DNA from: Callorhinchus milii
Lineage: Eukaryota
Direction: 5' to 3'
DNA: 64,000 nucleotides
Assembly (NCBI RefSeq): GCF_018977255.1
Contig: NW_024704742.1
Coordinates: 41,852,001-41,916,000 of the forward strand
Part shown: positions 1 through 12,227 of the stretch, in pieces
How positions within the stretch are numbered: position 1 is the first letter of the stretch
Layout: every line of letters starts with the position of its first letter
Program-made: the position numbers and the translations under genes
Notes under the pieces: model-generated
What the model was told of the DNA's origin: nothing
The model's database searches: none
The model's input: the letters and a program-made list of their open reading frames with translations, nothing else

Positions 1-651
1 GTGCTTTTGCAAATGTACATTGTTTAACGTAGATTGAGAAACATGTCTGTGATTATCACTGTAGGAAATTTGAGGCCTTTTGTGTAAACAGTAGGGGTGC
101 AATAATTTTGTGAACATGTGTAATTCATCATTGATTACAGCTGTACTTAACTAAAATTTTCCTAGTTAAATAATCATTTCACTGCCATTTAGGGTAAAAC
201 AAGCCAGTTGCCACACTGCTCTTTTCAAATGTTGTCATTTAATGATACACTCAAGTCTTACGACAGTGCCTTTAATTACAGGGAAGCATAAGTTTAAGAT
301 ATTTTAACATTTGTCATAAAAACAGCAAGCAAACAGAAAACAGGAAATCAGTCAAATGTTGGGCTGGCTATTTCACTACAAATGGCTATTGATCATATAA
401 AATCTGCTGTCATTGTTTGGCTGCATTGCTAGTGTCTTTAGTTTGTCTTTAAGCTTAAATTAGGGGCATTCTGATTATCTGATGATAAAGTAAAACTTCA
501 TCACTGGACATTGGTGGATGATAGAAAAGTACATTTGAAAATTAATTTGATTCAAGGTTATCAAAGAGAAAACAGTGAGCGTTGGAAACCTAAAATAAAA
601 CAAAAGCAATGATGGTGGAAATCTATTGGCATCAGTAAGGAAAAGATTGTT

Positions 652-826
652 TAACATTTAGAGCCGGTAATGTTTGAAACTTTAACCTGTTTTCTCCTTC
701 AGATGCTGGTTGACATGCTGTGGATTTAGAGCCGGTAACATTTAGAGCCGGTAATGTTTGAAACTTTAAGCTGTTTTCTCCTTCAGATGCTGGTTGACAT
801 GCTGTGGATATCCAGCAACTCTGTTG
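652..826. repeat. Tandem duplication (74 bp unit, 84 bp period) of a Penelope-like chondrichthyan repeat fragment
   Basis: 652-725 is repeated at 736-809 with one mismatch. ATTTAGAGCCGGTAA occurs three times (656, 724, 740). The unit GAAACTTTAA.CTGTTTTCTCCTTCAGATGCTGGTTGACATGCTG...TCCAGCA resembles, from memory, the abundant shark repeat linked to Penelope-like elements. The duplication is certain; the family call is not. Confidence 0.6.
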
Positions 827-1204
827 ATCTAAGGTTATATTGTATTTAGCCACAAGATACCGCATATAACTTTAATTTGATGACTTCATTGTTTAGTGAG
901 ATCAAGCTATTAGCGTCCAGTTAGCTTTGAACGTCAATTTAATTGCAGAAAAGTATTACAATATTAGTTTACCACTTAGACTGCCAGAAGCTCCAGGGTA
1001 TATCAGGCTTACAATTTGTTTTCCAAGTTTTCAACTCAAGCAATATGATGCAAGCAAACCTTCCCTATTGTATGTCACAGCTATTGAAATCTATTGGGAG
1101 TAGTTGAGCTGTTAACCCAATTTTACTATTTTACAAATATTTAAATAACAACAAAACAATTTACTTCTACTTTCACTCTTTTTCTTTTTTTCTACACCAA
1201 AGAC

Positions 1205-1556
1205 TCACAGTCTAGGTACAGAGCTAGGGGAGCGCTTATTGTCAGAGATGCCATCGTTCAGGTGAAATGTAAAACTGAGGTCCTGTTTGCTGTTCAGGTC
1301 GACATTAAAGATCCCATGGTTCTATTCAAAAAGAGAAGGGAGTTTCTCCTGGTGCCCTGGCCAACATTCCCCCAAATAAAATAGATCAGTCACTTCATGG
1401 TTGTTTGTGAAACATTAGTTGTCTCACAAAGTAATGCAAATTGACAGTTGCATTCACCTACAAATACACAGTCACTCACTACAGTAATATCTGTGGACCT
1501 CGTTGAGGTGATTCGATAATGTGATGAGGTGCTATATCAAATGCAAGGATTATTTA
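1205..1556 (+). mobile_element. Deu-domain SINE (SacSINE1/AmnSINE1-like), 5'-truncated
   Basis: Deu core GATGCCATCGTTCAGGTGAAATGTAAAACTGAGGTCC...CATTAAAGATCCCATGG..CTATTCAAAAAGAGAAGGGAGTTTCTCCTGGTG, ending in the GCTATATCAAATGCAAGGATTATT tail shared with many copies in the window. Confidence 0.85.
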
Positions 1557-1752
1557 TAAATTTTCCCCATTCTCTCTTTTGCTTTCATTTTGTAATTTTA
1601 CTGTGACTTCATTTCAAGTTACTCTATTCTAAAATTCTCTATTTCACCCTTGAAATAATCCTTTCCTGCTTCACGAGATCATGCCAAATACAAATATCGA
1701 AATTCAGATGTTTAATTTCTGGTAGAATAAAAATATCGTGGCCATTTGCTAC

Positions 1753-1950
1753 AAAAACAACAACTTGCATAAAATATAGCACCATTCATGCGGGGTAGCC
1801 TCTTGGAGCAATTAACAGTGGTGGGGCCTGACTCCGAGCCAGAGGGAGGGAGGGAGGAGGTGACCGTAAGCACGGACAAAGAGGAAAGTCTTCAATCATG
1901 ATTTAAAAGAGGGGAAAGAGGAGGCAAGGCAGAGGGATTGGGGTATTACC
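1753..1950 (-). mobile_element. L2 LINE 3' fragment (tail type B)
   Basis: AACAACAACTTGCAT..ATATAGCACC.TTCATGCGGGGTAGC matches the type-B tail at 11786 and 32970. It is followed by purine-rich ORF2-end sequence. Confidence 0.7.
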
Positions 1951-2705
1951 TTTTGAGGGTGGCAGAGTACAGTTTCTGGGTTAAATAATATTTCTATGCA
2001 TTTACAAACAAAAATGTGGGCCCATGAAGAAATATCTGATGCGACACAATGGTTGCTACTCTGTGCAGGGCAGCCCCTGAACAAACTGGAAACAAAGCTT
2101 GTGATACTCCTATAAATCAGCACATGATACATTAATACCAACTGATAGGAAAATGGCAACTGCAGGGGGGGAATGAAACCATTGTTTACAGAGTGAAAGG
2201 TGGAGAATAAATAGCTAGGAAAGGCATCAATCATTCAGAAAGTGGGATGAAACCACCAAATTCCTCATACAAAATAAAAGGTTGAGGAGGGCAATGGAAT
2301 GAGAAAAAAGCATCTTTGCCCTTCAGATTCTGTGCAGTTGGAAAGTGTTAGTAGAAGTACTGAGATAGATTACTATGCCAATTTCGCTTGTAACATCCGT
2401 AGCTCATTTTTTGTTACAATTCCAGCCTAAACAAGAACTGCTTCGCAAGAGCTGTATGTGGCCTTGAATACGAGGGATGTCAGTGCTGAGGAATGAAACA
2501 GTACTCCATTTTCAGGGATTGCAGCAAGCTTAGATCAAGCACACATGCAGCCAGAACCACATCTGAGCAGTTAATAGTTCCAAATACAGACTCCTCAATG
2601 ATCTTCACAAGGTTAAAATAACTTTTTTGATTTGAAATAAAATGACATTGAGGTGCACACCAGTATTTAATTATTCTTGCTGAGAACAAGATATTGGAAC
2701 CCTTA

Positions 2706-2935
2706 TATAATCATTGCATTTGATACAGCACTTTATCATGTGGCTGAAATGCCTCAAAGTGCTTCACAGGATTTACTGTTGAGTGACTGCAGCCACAGTC
2801 ACATCTGAGCATTTAACATTTCCAATTTTATTGGAGAAATGGCAGCCAACGTATGCACTTCAGTGCCCCACAAACAGGCATGAAGTGAATAACCAATTCA
2901 ATCAGGAGGATTGTTGGTCAGCATATCAAGAAAAA
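2706..2935 (-). mobile_element. Deu-type SINE 3' half, degraded
   Basis: ATAATCATTGCATTTGATACAGCACTTTATCA...CTCAAAGTGCTTCACAGG...GGCAGCCAAC...CCCACAAACAG, as in other copies. Confidence 0.75.
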
Positions 2936-3232
2936 GTCCTAATTGTGGGCACTTGTAAGCGTTTGAATCTATCTAGTTCACTGTCTTTTGGCCTAATCAG
3001 CTTTTAAACTCCAATGAAGTCAATTGACCAAGAGATTCTCCATGGAATAGATGTGCTGGAGGTGGCCCCTCCTCCCTCTCCTCAGGTCATTCTAACTAGT
3101 GATATCCGGTTAAAACAATACTGTTATTTTACTTAAAACAAATCCTCTGGCTCTCAGTTACACCGATCAGCTTGATGGACACCACTATTGAGAAAAGCAT
3201 TAGAAAAAGGTGTCTACTTTTTCTGCATCCAG

Positions 3233-3385
3233 GTATATTTAATATGATGAATGTCAAAGCACTTTTCCCTTCAGGAGGACTTCCCAAGGCACTTGACAGT
3301 CCTGACTTGGCTCCCCAGCTGGGAGTGGGAGCCAAGGAGGGTAGGAGAAAAGTGACCAAAGACATGGTCAAAGAGGAAGGTCTTG
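3233..3385 (-). mobile_element. L2 LINE 3' end, degraded
   Basis: AGCACTTTTCCCTTCAGGAGGACTTCCCAAGGCACTTGACAG...GACATGGTCAAAGAGGAAGGTCTTGA matches the reverse complement of the L2 tail. Confidence 0.7.
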
Positions 3386-4671
3386 ATCTTATCAGTGAAA
3401 TTCCAAGAAAATTATCCTATTTGACGTCTATATTGGATAGGACCTCTGCATTATCAGGAAACAGCACATTCTATACATACAAGTGAAAAACAAAAAATTG
3501 AACTATTTATGAAGCCTTCATTTTCAATATAATTTGAAAGGAACCCTTCAGGGATACCCTTCAGTTCAAATGTAAGTGATGAACAGCACGTAATATGTTG
3601 AAATAATAGAAAATGTTTGCACTTCTGGTAGAAATAATAACAAATAGTTTACATTTCTGACAATATTAAACTTGGTTTTGCTTCAGTGGTTCTGTCCTGC
3701 ATGTGAATCACTGATAAAAATAAAGAGAAAACAGTGAAAACTATTAAATAACATATACTGGAAAGAATCCATCTGCATTGCTGTACATGTATTGTCCACC
3801 TGCAATAGATTTAAACAAGGCCAGATTAAGATAAATCATCACACTTACTGTACTCCATCCCATATGTACAGATGGGAACCGCAGGCACTGCCTTAAAGGT
3901 GGAGGAAATAGCACAATCTTATACATCTTTCAGACATGCCAGTGATCCAGGCTTGCTGCCAAAGCGCACTATGTGAAATTAAAATAATAATTCAGCTCTT
4001 TATTGATCCATACTGAATATGTTGCTGCCTGGGATTTCCCTCAGGCCCATATTTGGGGGAATGTCTCAAGATATCTTCTGTTTGTAGTTTGAAAATGAAG
4101 GAAAATAAAAGACCAGCTATTGGAAATAACTGAAAACTATCAGAGACTCCACATATTACCCACTCCAATTCATGTACAACTTGTTGCACAATAAACATTG
4201 TACAAAACATAATGTTTATATATTTGTGCACTCCTGAGTATTGCATATGATTAATTATGCTTCCAGAGTACAAGGGACTACAGAAATGTGCAGGACTGGA
4301 AAAGACCACTGCATTCCATTGCATAAGATTACAATGTTCATGGCAAAACATCTCCAGTGCAATTATTCCTGCATGGTCGCCTGAGTTGAATATCTCAAAC
4401 AATGTGTTCAAAGGAGTACGGAGAATAGCCAACCTCCTGATCAGGAAGTTACACCAACATCATTTGCAAGCAGACAAGCAGGCTATGTGCAGGAAATGCT
4501 GCTGACATCCCTTCCTTCGTGAAGTGATGTTAACGACTCTTATTCTGTGTAGTGTACATGCACAGTGCGCAGGAAGGGATGGGGTACAAGTTGATGACTG
4601 CAGTTTGAAGACTGTAAAAATAGCATTAAATCAACAAACTCAAGGGATTGCCCCTATAGACAGGTGGAACA

Positions 4672-4850
4672 TTCCTCCTTCCACCGATGGTGGAACGGAG
4701 GGCACGATGGACATGCAACCGGCCAGAGCCAGTCGTGCGGAGGCAGCGGGTTGGGGGGGTAAACAGGTTGGAGAGGTAAGGAGATGCCAGGGCATGAAGG
4801 GATTTGAAGATGAGTGTGAGGATCTTGAAATCGATCCTAACTAGAACCGG
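4672..4850 (-). mobile_element. L2 LINE ORF2 C-terminal fragment
   Basis: Minus-strand translation RIDFKILTLIFKSLHALASPYLSNL...LRTTGSGRLHVHR...STIGGR is the typical L2 ORF2 C-terminus. Confidence 0.85.
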
Positions 4851-4934
4851 TGTGATGGGGCTACTGAGTTTAATAGTAAAATAAGCAAGACTGATCAAAG
4901 AATTTATTACAGTATCGTCAGTATTAATTATTAG

Positions 4935-5045
4935 CAACAGGGCACTGGACCCATTTAAGAAACAACTTGAAGCAATAATGGTCTGACAGATTGGGTGGGT
5001 ATTCTGGAAAGATGTGATGGAATGGGCCAAAACTCTTGTGATTTT
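4935..5045 (+). mobile_element. CR1 LINE 3' end, degraded
   Basis: CACTGGACCCATTTAAGAAACAACTTGAAGC..TAATGG...GGAATGGGCCAAA matches the CR1 tails at 49745, 50510 and 56760. Confidence 0.6.
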
Positions 5046-5271
5046 GTGATCATTTTTATAAGCAGAGACACATCATATCTCACTGAAGTCAGTCCATAAC
5101 ATTTATATTTAACCACAAGGGAGGTTTGAAGGAAAAGCCCTTTTTTCACATTCAATCTCATCTATCCAGCATACCCACCCTGCCATCATAGTATCAAGCT
5201 GTTTTTTAATTTAATCTAGTGTTTCATCTCCTTTTCTGGCGACATGTTCCAATCATTAATTACTCCCTGGA

Positions 5272-5608
5272 AAAAAACAAGATTACATTTGTATAGCGCC
5301 TTTCACGTCGGGAGGACATCCCAAGGCGCTGGACAGTATGCAGTATTTCAGACACGAACTGGGGTCGGGGAGGGGGGGGGGGGGAGAGGGGAGGGGAGGA
5401 GAAGGGGGGTGGCCGATGGCATGGTCGAAGAGGAGGGTCTTGAGGCGGGACTTGAAGGAGGCTAAGGAGGGGGTGAGGCGGAGTGACTGGGGGATGGAAT
5501 TCCAGAGGTTGGGGGCAGAGTGGCTGAAGGCTCTCCCGCCTATGGTGGGGTAGGTGGGTCTGGGGATGTGGAGAAGGCCGAAGCCGGCTGAGCAGATGGA
5601 ACGGGCTG
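5272..5608 (-). mobile_element. L2 LINE 3' fragment (tail type A), young
   Basis: Translation LLHIPRPTYPTIGGRAFSHSAPNLWNSIPQSLRLTPSLASFKSRLKTLLFDHA. The CpG-intact tail reads AGCGCCTTGGGATGTCCTCCCGACGTGAAAGGCGCTATACAAATGTAATCTTGTT on the minus strand. Confidence 0.93.
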
Positions 5609-7036
5609 GACTCAATATTTACATTACGTATATCAATATAAAAACAACTCCCCGATATTTTTCCTGATATTGCCTGCACGATGCTAAAACTACTGACTTA
5701 ATCTATCTTAATCTACTGTTTTAATATACTCTCTTGGTGCATTGTAAAGTATTGTTCTGGTTTACTTTTTCAGTCCTACTTAAAATTTTATATGACTGAA
5801 GCGCCTAATTTAATTGCTGCTCCTGGTTTATTCCTCTAACAGTGGGGATTATCCTTGTTGTACACCTCTGCATGGTTTCTAAGATCTACCTCTTATGCTG
5901 CAGCGACCAGAACATGTACGCAGAACTCTAGAGGAGGCCTGACCAGAGCACTATAAATTCTACGGTTCTATCACTGTGATTTCTGGAAAGCCGAATTCAA
6001 CTGATTTGTCAATATAGCTTACCGTCCTATTTGCCTTGTCAATTGCTCCTTCGCAGTATGCATCAACAGCATTTTAAAATGTGTGCATTTACAGGTATGG
6101 AGTAATGAAAATTATTAAAAATTGAGGAAACATTAGAGGACTCTACAGGTTTAGTTTTATGACTGTTTTATGAAAACTTCAAATTTGTTCTTTTAGCTGC
6201 AGCTGTACTGCAGTTGTCAAACAGTTAAATGTTACCTTGTGGCAGTCTGGTATGTTGGTAACAAAACAAAATGGGACAGCATGCTCTTGGCCCCCCAGGC
6301 TTTGGCTAGGTGATCAGAGGGTCATACTAACCCAGACACACATTTTCCCTTTTGAGATCCTCAGTTTCCTTTCTACAGGTTTTGGGAAACCTGGTTCAGT
6401 TTCCATTGGAGCAGAACAAATTGCTCTTCAGTTTTTGGACTGCACCTTGAAAAATATGTCAGTAAGTAGAGCTATTTGTTTATTTTATTGCCATTTTAAC
6501 CGCAATGTCTCCTCACACAACCTTCCTCCCTTTGTGCTGAAGATAATCTTTCACGCTCAGATTGGACAAGATGGGCAAGAAATTGCCCGTGGAGCTACTT
6601 TATAATTGATGCCAGTAGAAAAATTTAACTTCTCAGGATGTTGAAAGCGCAGCAAAAGGAAACATAATCATTAATTTCTGCAGATAGTGGTGTTGCCTAA
6701 GAGATATATCATTGCAGTAGTGCAGACCACAAATACAGTGAAATTTAAGTTTTGGAAAGTACTATAGCAAGATTCTAAAAAACATAACTGTGTTTCTATT
6801 GCAAGTTGAGAAGGATACAATGACATAGAAAGATCATCAGGTTGCTGATCTGCTGTTACTAATTCTTATTTTGTAAAAATTATAAACACAGAAATACTGT
6901 ACCATCTGATTTGCAGTGCAAATCTTCCTCAGTGGCCAATGTGGGACACAGCAGCAAAACTTTTCATGTTACTGGCATCTCCAGACCTGGGTGGACTTTC
7001 AATTATCCACTGAAAAAGTTACACTTAATAAGTCGC

Positions 7037-7150
7037 AATAATGATAATCCTTGCATTTGATGTAGCGCAATATCACGTCTTCGAAACGCCTCAAAACACT
7101 TTGCAGATACACTGTAAAGTGTGCTGACTGTGTGTTTTGTGGGTGAAACG
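7037..7150 (-). mobile_element. SINE 3' tail fragment
   Basis: AATAATGATAATCCTTGCATTTGATGTAGCGCAATATCACGTCTTCGAAACGCCTCAAAACACTT, same as the SINE tail elsewhere. Confidence 0.8.
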
Positions 7151-7645
7151 AGTAATGAGTAAGAAAGCAGAACTAACTTTGTTCCAGGGTGAATGATATA
7201 AGAAAGCACAGGATTGATAGGTTATTGAGTCCATTAAGCTTGTTTCATTGCAGACCATGCCAGATCCACTCACAGCAACAACTTCTATTTATATAGCGAA
7301 CTTCACGCGTGGTAGCATCTCTGAGCACTTGTGCACCATTGTGGACTCCACCACAACCAAACCCATCCATCTCCTGGAGGAAGTTCTGCACCTATAGAGG
7401 TAAAAAGTTTGTGCTGTTCATAATGTGTTCTTTATAAAACAGTACACATATGTTCTTATTTGATAATCTCACCCATATACATATACACTAATCCTACGTA
7501 CAATGGACCACCCCAGCTCATTCCTTCTCTAGGCTACAATACTTGATATTCCATGCAGTGGCCTACTCAAATTTGCCTTCCTTGAGGCAGACTTTGAGGG
7601 CAGAAATAGAGAAACTGAGTTAATTTAGTTCAGTTCCTCTTCAAT

Positions 7646-7925
7646 GCTGTTCACGTCTTCCAGATGACCCAAAGCACTTCACAGAATATACTGTAAAGTG
7701 AATTGACTGTATATTTGTGGGCGAACGCGGCAGCCAATTGCGCACAGCAGTGTCCACAAACAGTCGTGGATTGAAAATGACCAATTTATTATTGTTTTTG
7801 TTTTGGAGGGATTATTATTAGACGTGTGGAGTAAGAAACTTGCCCAAGGTTTCGCCCTGCCTGGAATTGAACTCAGGTCTCTTGCTTGCAAAGCAAGTGC
7901 TCTAACCACTGAGCTACAGGACTCC
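7646..7925 (-). mobile_element. tRNA-Ala-derived SINE (SINE2-1_CM-like), short form
   Basis: Minus-strand head GGAGTCCTGTAGCTCAGTGGTTAGAGCACTTGCTTTGCAAGCAAGAGACCTGAGTTCAATTCCAGG carries an A box, a B box and a TGC anticodon arm. The body is near-identical to 37241-37505. Confidence 0.92.
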
Positions 7926-8593
7926 ACAGTAGTCCACCTGACCAGGCAGATAGGACCTTGGTTTAAAGGCACCTCGACAATGCAACACCCCCCAGCATTG
8001 AATTGGAGTAGTAATTTTGCTCTCTATGGTGATGATGTTAGGTGCAGGATTTGTGCATCTGAGTGGCAGGATGTGGTTTCATAATTGTGACTCACTGCTG
8101 ATCTTGGCCAAAGCATCACAAGTAAGTGTTGAGTGGAGAGAGAGTAAAACCAGGCCACTCATTGCATGACTTTCTTCTCCATCAGGGAATGGTTACTTGC
8201 CATGGGTGGCCTTTAAGGAGGAGAAGGAAAGAAACATCAAAACTGAATAAATATGGGTAGATCTGTGCACATACAACCGCCCAATGGGAAATGTATCATT
8301 TCCATTACTATAGTTTTCTGCCATCACAAACATTCAATACTAAATAATTCCAGTATATGTTATTTTTAGAGGTGTGCCACTTTCCTATGAACCAGGACTG
8401 AAGCATAACCTTTACACGGATTAATTCTATTGATGCTAGAAGAATCTCTTCTGGCTGTAAAAGGCAATTTGGCTCTTGAAATAATTATACAGTGTAGAAG
8501 AAAGAGGGTTTCGCTCATGTTTAAAACACACTGCTGAATTCAGAAATGCTAGTACAATAAAGGACTGCTATTACTTAATTTCTCCTCATTAGT

Positions 8594-9350
8594 TAATAAT
8601 ATCCTTGCATTTGGTATAGTGCTTTATCACGGCATTGAGACATCTCAAAGCACTTCACAGAATATACTGTAAAGTGAATTATTGTATATTTTTGGGTGAA
8701 ACTCAGCAGCCAATTGTGCACAGCTGTGACCAAATTATCATTCTTTATTTTGTAATAATAATGAAGGATGATGTAAAATTCTCAATGACTTGATAAGGTG
8801 CTATATCAAAAGCAAGCAATATTTTTATTATTATTAAATGCAACAACCAAATAGACAGACAGAAAGTAAAGGACCAATTTTATCTGGAGAATTGATGAAC
8901 AGGACACTGGGAGATATTCCTTTCTCTTTTCAAAATGTGCCATGAGGTCTTTAAAGTTCAATAACAGGCAAAGAGCATCTTATTTTAATGTCTCATCTGA
9001 AGGATTTCATATAGTCCAGGCTGCAACTCCAATACAGCTCTGGGCATGTGCTGTATTGTTGAAGGTGCCAGCTGTCAGATGAGACATTAACTTAAAGTCC
9101 TGTCTACCTGTTCAACATTAAAGATCCACAGACTCTATTTGGAAAGGGAAGGGAGTTTTTCCCGGTGCCGTAGCCAACAATCCCATAGATAAAATTGATC
9201 ATTCATTTCATGATTGTTTGCAAGATATTGTTGTGCATGAATTGGCTATCACACTTGTGTACAAATACACAGTGCCAGGAAAATCCTGTAAAGCACTTTG
9301 AGAGTCTAGATGACATGTAAGGTACTGCATCAATCAAAGGATTATTATTA
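8594..9350. mobile_element. Cluster of four SINE fragments in alternating orientation (8594-8740 -, 8770-8835 +, 8872-9004 -, 9048-9350 +)
   Basis: Each piece matches the Deu-SINE core or tail seen elsewhere in the window. Confidence 0.8.
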
Positions 9351-10074
9351 CTTTCATGGACAAATAGATCATGTTCAAACATAGGTGATAACTGAGATTC
9401 CTTATACCCTCTAAGGCAGGAAACAAAGGGGTCCAAATGGTGAGGTGTGCAAAAGATAAATGAATAAAAATATTGGATATATTGAGACCAACCCTCTGCA
9501 ACTCTGCTCAGACGCCAACTTCACATAATTCAGAACTGAGGTAAGCATATGAATGGATCATCACTGCAACACATCTACCATTAGCTATTTAAAAAATAAT
9601 TTAGGAATTTTACAACTTAGATCATAAATAAAATGTTTAAGGCTCCTATAAGAACTCTTTATTCACCTCCTCTATGTCCTAACTCTGTTCCATCTTTCCA
9701 ATTTTTTTGACAACACACCCCACTCAATCTTCATCTGCTTGTAACTTTTCCTTTCTTCCTATCTATTACTACTCCCCCATTTCCTCCATGCAGAAAGGAT
9801 TCAATGACCCGCAAAGTTTTACCGTTTGAGTTGTTAGGTCTGTTCCTCTCTTTGGTGAATCAACTCCAGATGAGATTCAACACCACAATCAGGTTACATG
9901 CAAAACTAAACTGAATAGACAGGCCTTACAATCCTGTAGTTTTCTGTAGTCATTTTGGTGGCAGTCCTTTATTGCATTTGGCTATCTGTCTACTTGTTGA
10001 ATGATCCTTCCAAAGTGAACTTAATATTTTATAGTATAGTCGAAAGCATTAAACTCCATGGTGAGATTTTAAGC

Positions 10075-10760
10075 TCATGATCTAGCCTGGCACTTCATTG
10101 CATTGCTGGGAGAATACTGCAATGTCGAATGAACTATCATTCAAAGGAGACATTAAACTAAGGAAGTGCCTACCTGTTCAGCTGGACATTAAAGATCCCA
10201 TGACATTATTCAAAAAAAAGTTTCTCCCAATATCCTCCTGATAAAAATAAGTAATCACTTCATGGTTGTTGATAGCACATTGCGGTACACAAATTGACTA
10301 CTGCATTCAACAACAACTTGCATATGGCACCCTTCATGTGAAATAGCAGCTCGTAGCTCTATTTGTCTACAAATAAAATTAATAATATAATAATTCTTGC
10401 GCTTTATATAGCACCTTGTCACATTGTTGAGACATCTCAAAGCACTTCACTTCACAGGATATACTCTAAATTGATGTGTCTGTGTGTATTTTATGGTCAA
10501 ATTTGGGAGCCAATTTAAGTACAACAATGGGTCAAGAACATCCATTGAATGAATTACCAATTTGGGATATTGTTGGCCAAGAAACCAGGAGAAATTCCCT
10601 TCTCTTTTCAAATAATACCATGGGATCTTTAACCCCCACCTGGACAGGCAGAGGGAACCTTGGTTTAACATCTTAATAGAAGGATAGCACCTCCAACGCT
10701 GCAGAACACCCTGTATATGTCTACACATACTATATGAGTTCCAATTCCCCATATGTAGTC
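10075..10760. mobile_element. Two Deu-type SINEs tail-to-tail (10075-10380 +, 10383-10760 -), with a short L2 tail inserted at ~10308-10350
   Basis: The plus copy has GGAGACATTAAACTAAGG...GGACATTAAAGATCCCATGACATTATTC. The minus copy has AATACCATGGGATCTTTAACCCCCACCTGGACAGGCAGAGGGAACCTTGGTTTAACATCT. CAACAACAACTTGCAT is the L2 tail. Confidence 0.8.
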
Positions 10761-11324
10761 ATTACACTTTGCAGAAAGCTCTACCAAGATCTTTGAGATG
10801 TGTTTATGTTTTAGGCACTGCATGAAATGCAGGAAATATTATTACTTGAGATGTAAGGTTGTTATTGGTAAATGCTAATAAACTAATTCCTGCCTAATGT
10901 TGCTCTGTCACAAGTTGACAACAGCAACAGTGAGCACACAGAAAAGAACAGCAGTAGCATAAAAGAAGGCCGTGTCTATTTATGATGAGGAATTTACTCA
11001 CATTGCAGGTGCCTGATTTAATTTTGTTATCATTATATCTGTTCAATTTAACATAGTAATTTCTGTTTCCTGTTGGTTTCTCCAGCTAGGGTCAGATTAG
11101 AACAATCTATCCATTATGACTTTGGTTTACAGTGTAAACAAGAGCTGAGCGGAAAGAATCCCTGCTCCTCCAGTGGTCCATCCTTCTAAGTCCTGCCAAC
11201 AAGACAGCCTCCCTGGTCTATTTTCATCAGTGCCCTGGCATACTGTGGACGTGCCTGGCACTGGAAAGGGATGACTGAGACTACTAGAGGACTGACTAGA
11301 TTAAGTTGCAAAGCATGACCCCAT

Positions 11325-11415
11325 CCATCCCCACCTGCTCAGGTCCAAATCCCTGACTGTCCACCATCCTCCCGACGTGAAAGGGGCTTTAGAAATGTAA
11401 TTTTGTATTGTATTC
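11325..11415 (+). mobile_element. L2 LINE 3' tail fragment
   Basis: CATCCTCCCGACGTGAAAGGGGCTTTAGAAATGTAATTTTGTATTGT. Confidence 0.75.
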
Positions 11416-11539
11416 TTTTGTATGTCACCTAGAGTAGACTCAGCTATAAGGAAACCCTGCATACCAGCCCCCTAAGAAGGATATTCACTAGTCGGTCATT
11501 TGACACCCACCAAGCACAGGTTTGAGCACTCACTAATAA

Positions 11540-12172
11540 TATTAATAATAATAATCCTTGCATTTGATATAGCATGTTTCACACCTTGAGACATCTCAAA
11601 GAGCTTCACAGGATATACTGTAAAGTGAATTGAATGTATATTTTGTGTGCAAAATGCCACAACCAGTTGCCCACAGCAAGTCCCACAAACAGCTATGGAC
11701 TGATGATCAATTTTATTTGGGGGATTGTTGGCCAGGCCACCAGGGGAAACTGTCTTCTCTTTTTGAATAGTGCCTTGGGATCTTTAGCAACTACAACAAC
11801 AACTTGAATTTATATAGCGCCCCTCACGCAGGGTAACATCCCAGAGCTCTTGACAGTGGCAGAGCACGACGCCGAGCCGGGGGGACAAGGGGGGTGACCA
11901 AAGGGACGGTCGAATATTAAAGTGTTCAGGCGACCTGAAGATGGGGAAGGAAGGAGCAAGGTAGAACATCCACCTGAACAGGCAGACGGGACCTTGATTT
12001 AACATCTCATCTGAAGGGTGGCGCTTCCAACAATACAAAACAAGGCCAGCACTGCATTGGAGTGTCATCTTAAACTATGTGATTTCAGCTGCCAATGTGG
12101 GGCTTTGGGAGCTGAAATCACATACCTTCTGACTCTGAGGCAAGAGTGTTACCACTGTGTCAGGCTGACACA
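11540..12172 (-). mobile_element. Near full-length Deu-type SINE interrupted by an L2 3' fragment (11785-11963, -)
   Basis: The SINE breaks at GGGATCTTTA and resumes AACATCCACCTGAACAGGCAGACGGGACC. Its tRNA-like head ends CCTTCTGACTCTGAGGCAAGAGTGTTACCACTG. The insert begins CAACAACAACTTGAATTTATATAGCGCCCCTCACGCAGGGTAACATCCCAGAGC. Confidence 0.88.
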
Positions 12173-12227
12173 CTGCTAGGTGGATAGAAAGTACCAGGAA
12201 CTCCCTGTGAGCCTCAGACACACCTCT

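Noticed and set aside
475..589. Minus-strand terminal exon after acceptor TTTTGTTTTATTTTAG
   Set aside because: Short unrecognisable peptides and no upstream exon chain that I can link to it.
3992..4505. 146 aa and 82 aa overlapping ORFs in unique sequence (likewise 18511-18900, 20012-20314, 50650-51030, 51433-51831)
   Set aside because: No recognisable domains or consistent splice boundaries. The lengths are compatible with chance frames, many using alternative starts.
5361..5412. G-quadruplex-forming G tract
   Set aside because: It is the expanded pyrimidine-rich 3' UTR of an L2 copy, with no sign of a separate function.
8029..8101. Box C/D snoRNA-like pattern GTGATGA...CTGA...CTGA
   Set aside because: No terminal stem, a poor C' box, and no guide complementarity to rRNA or snRNA that I can recognise.
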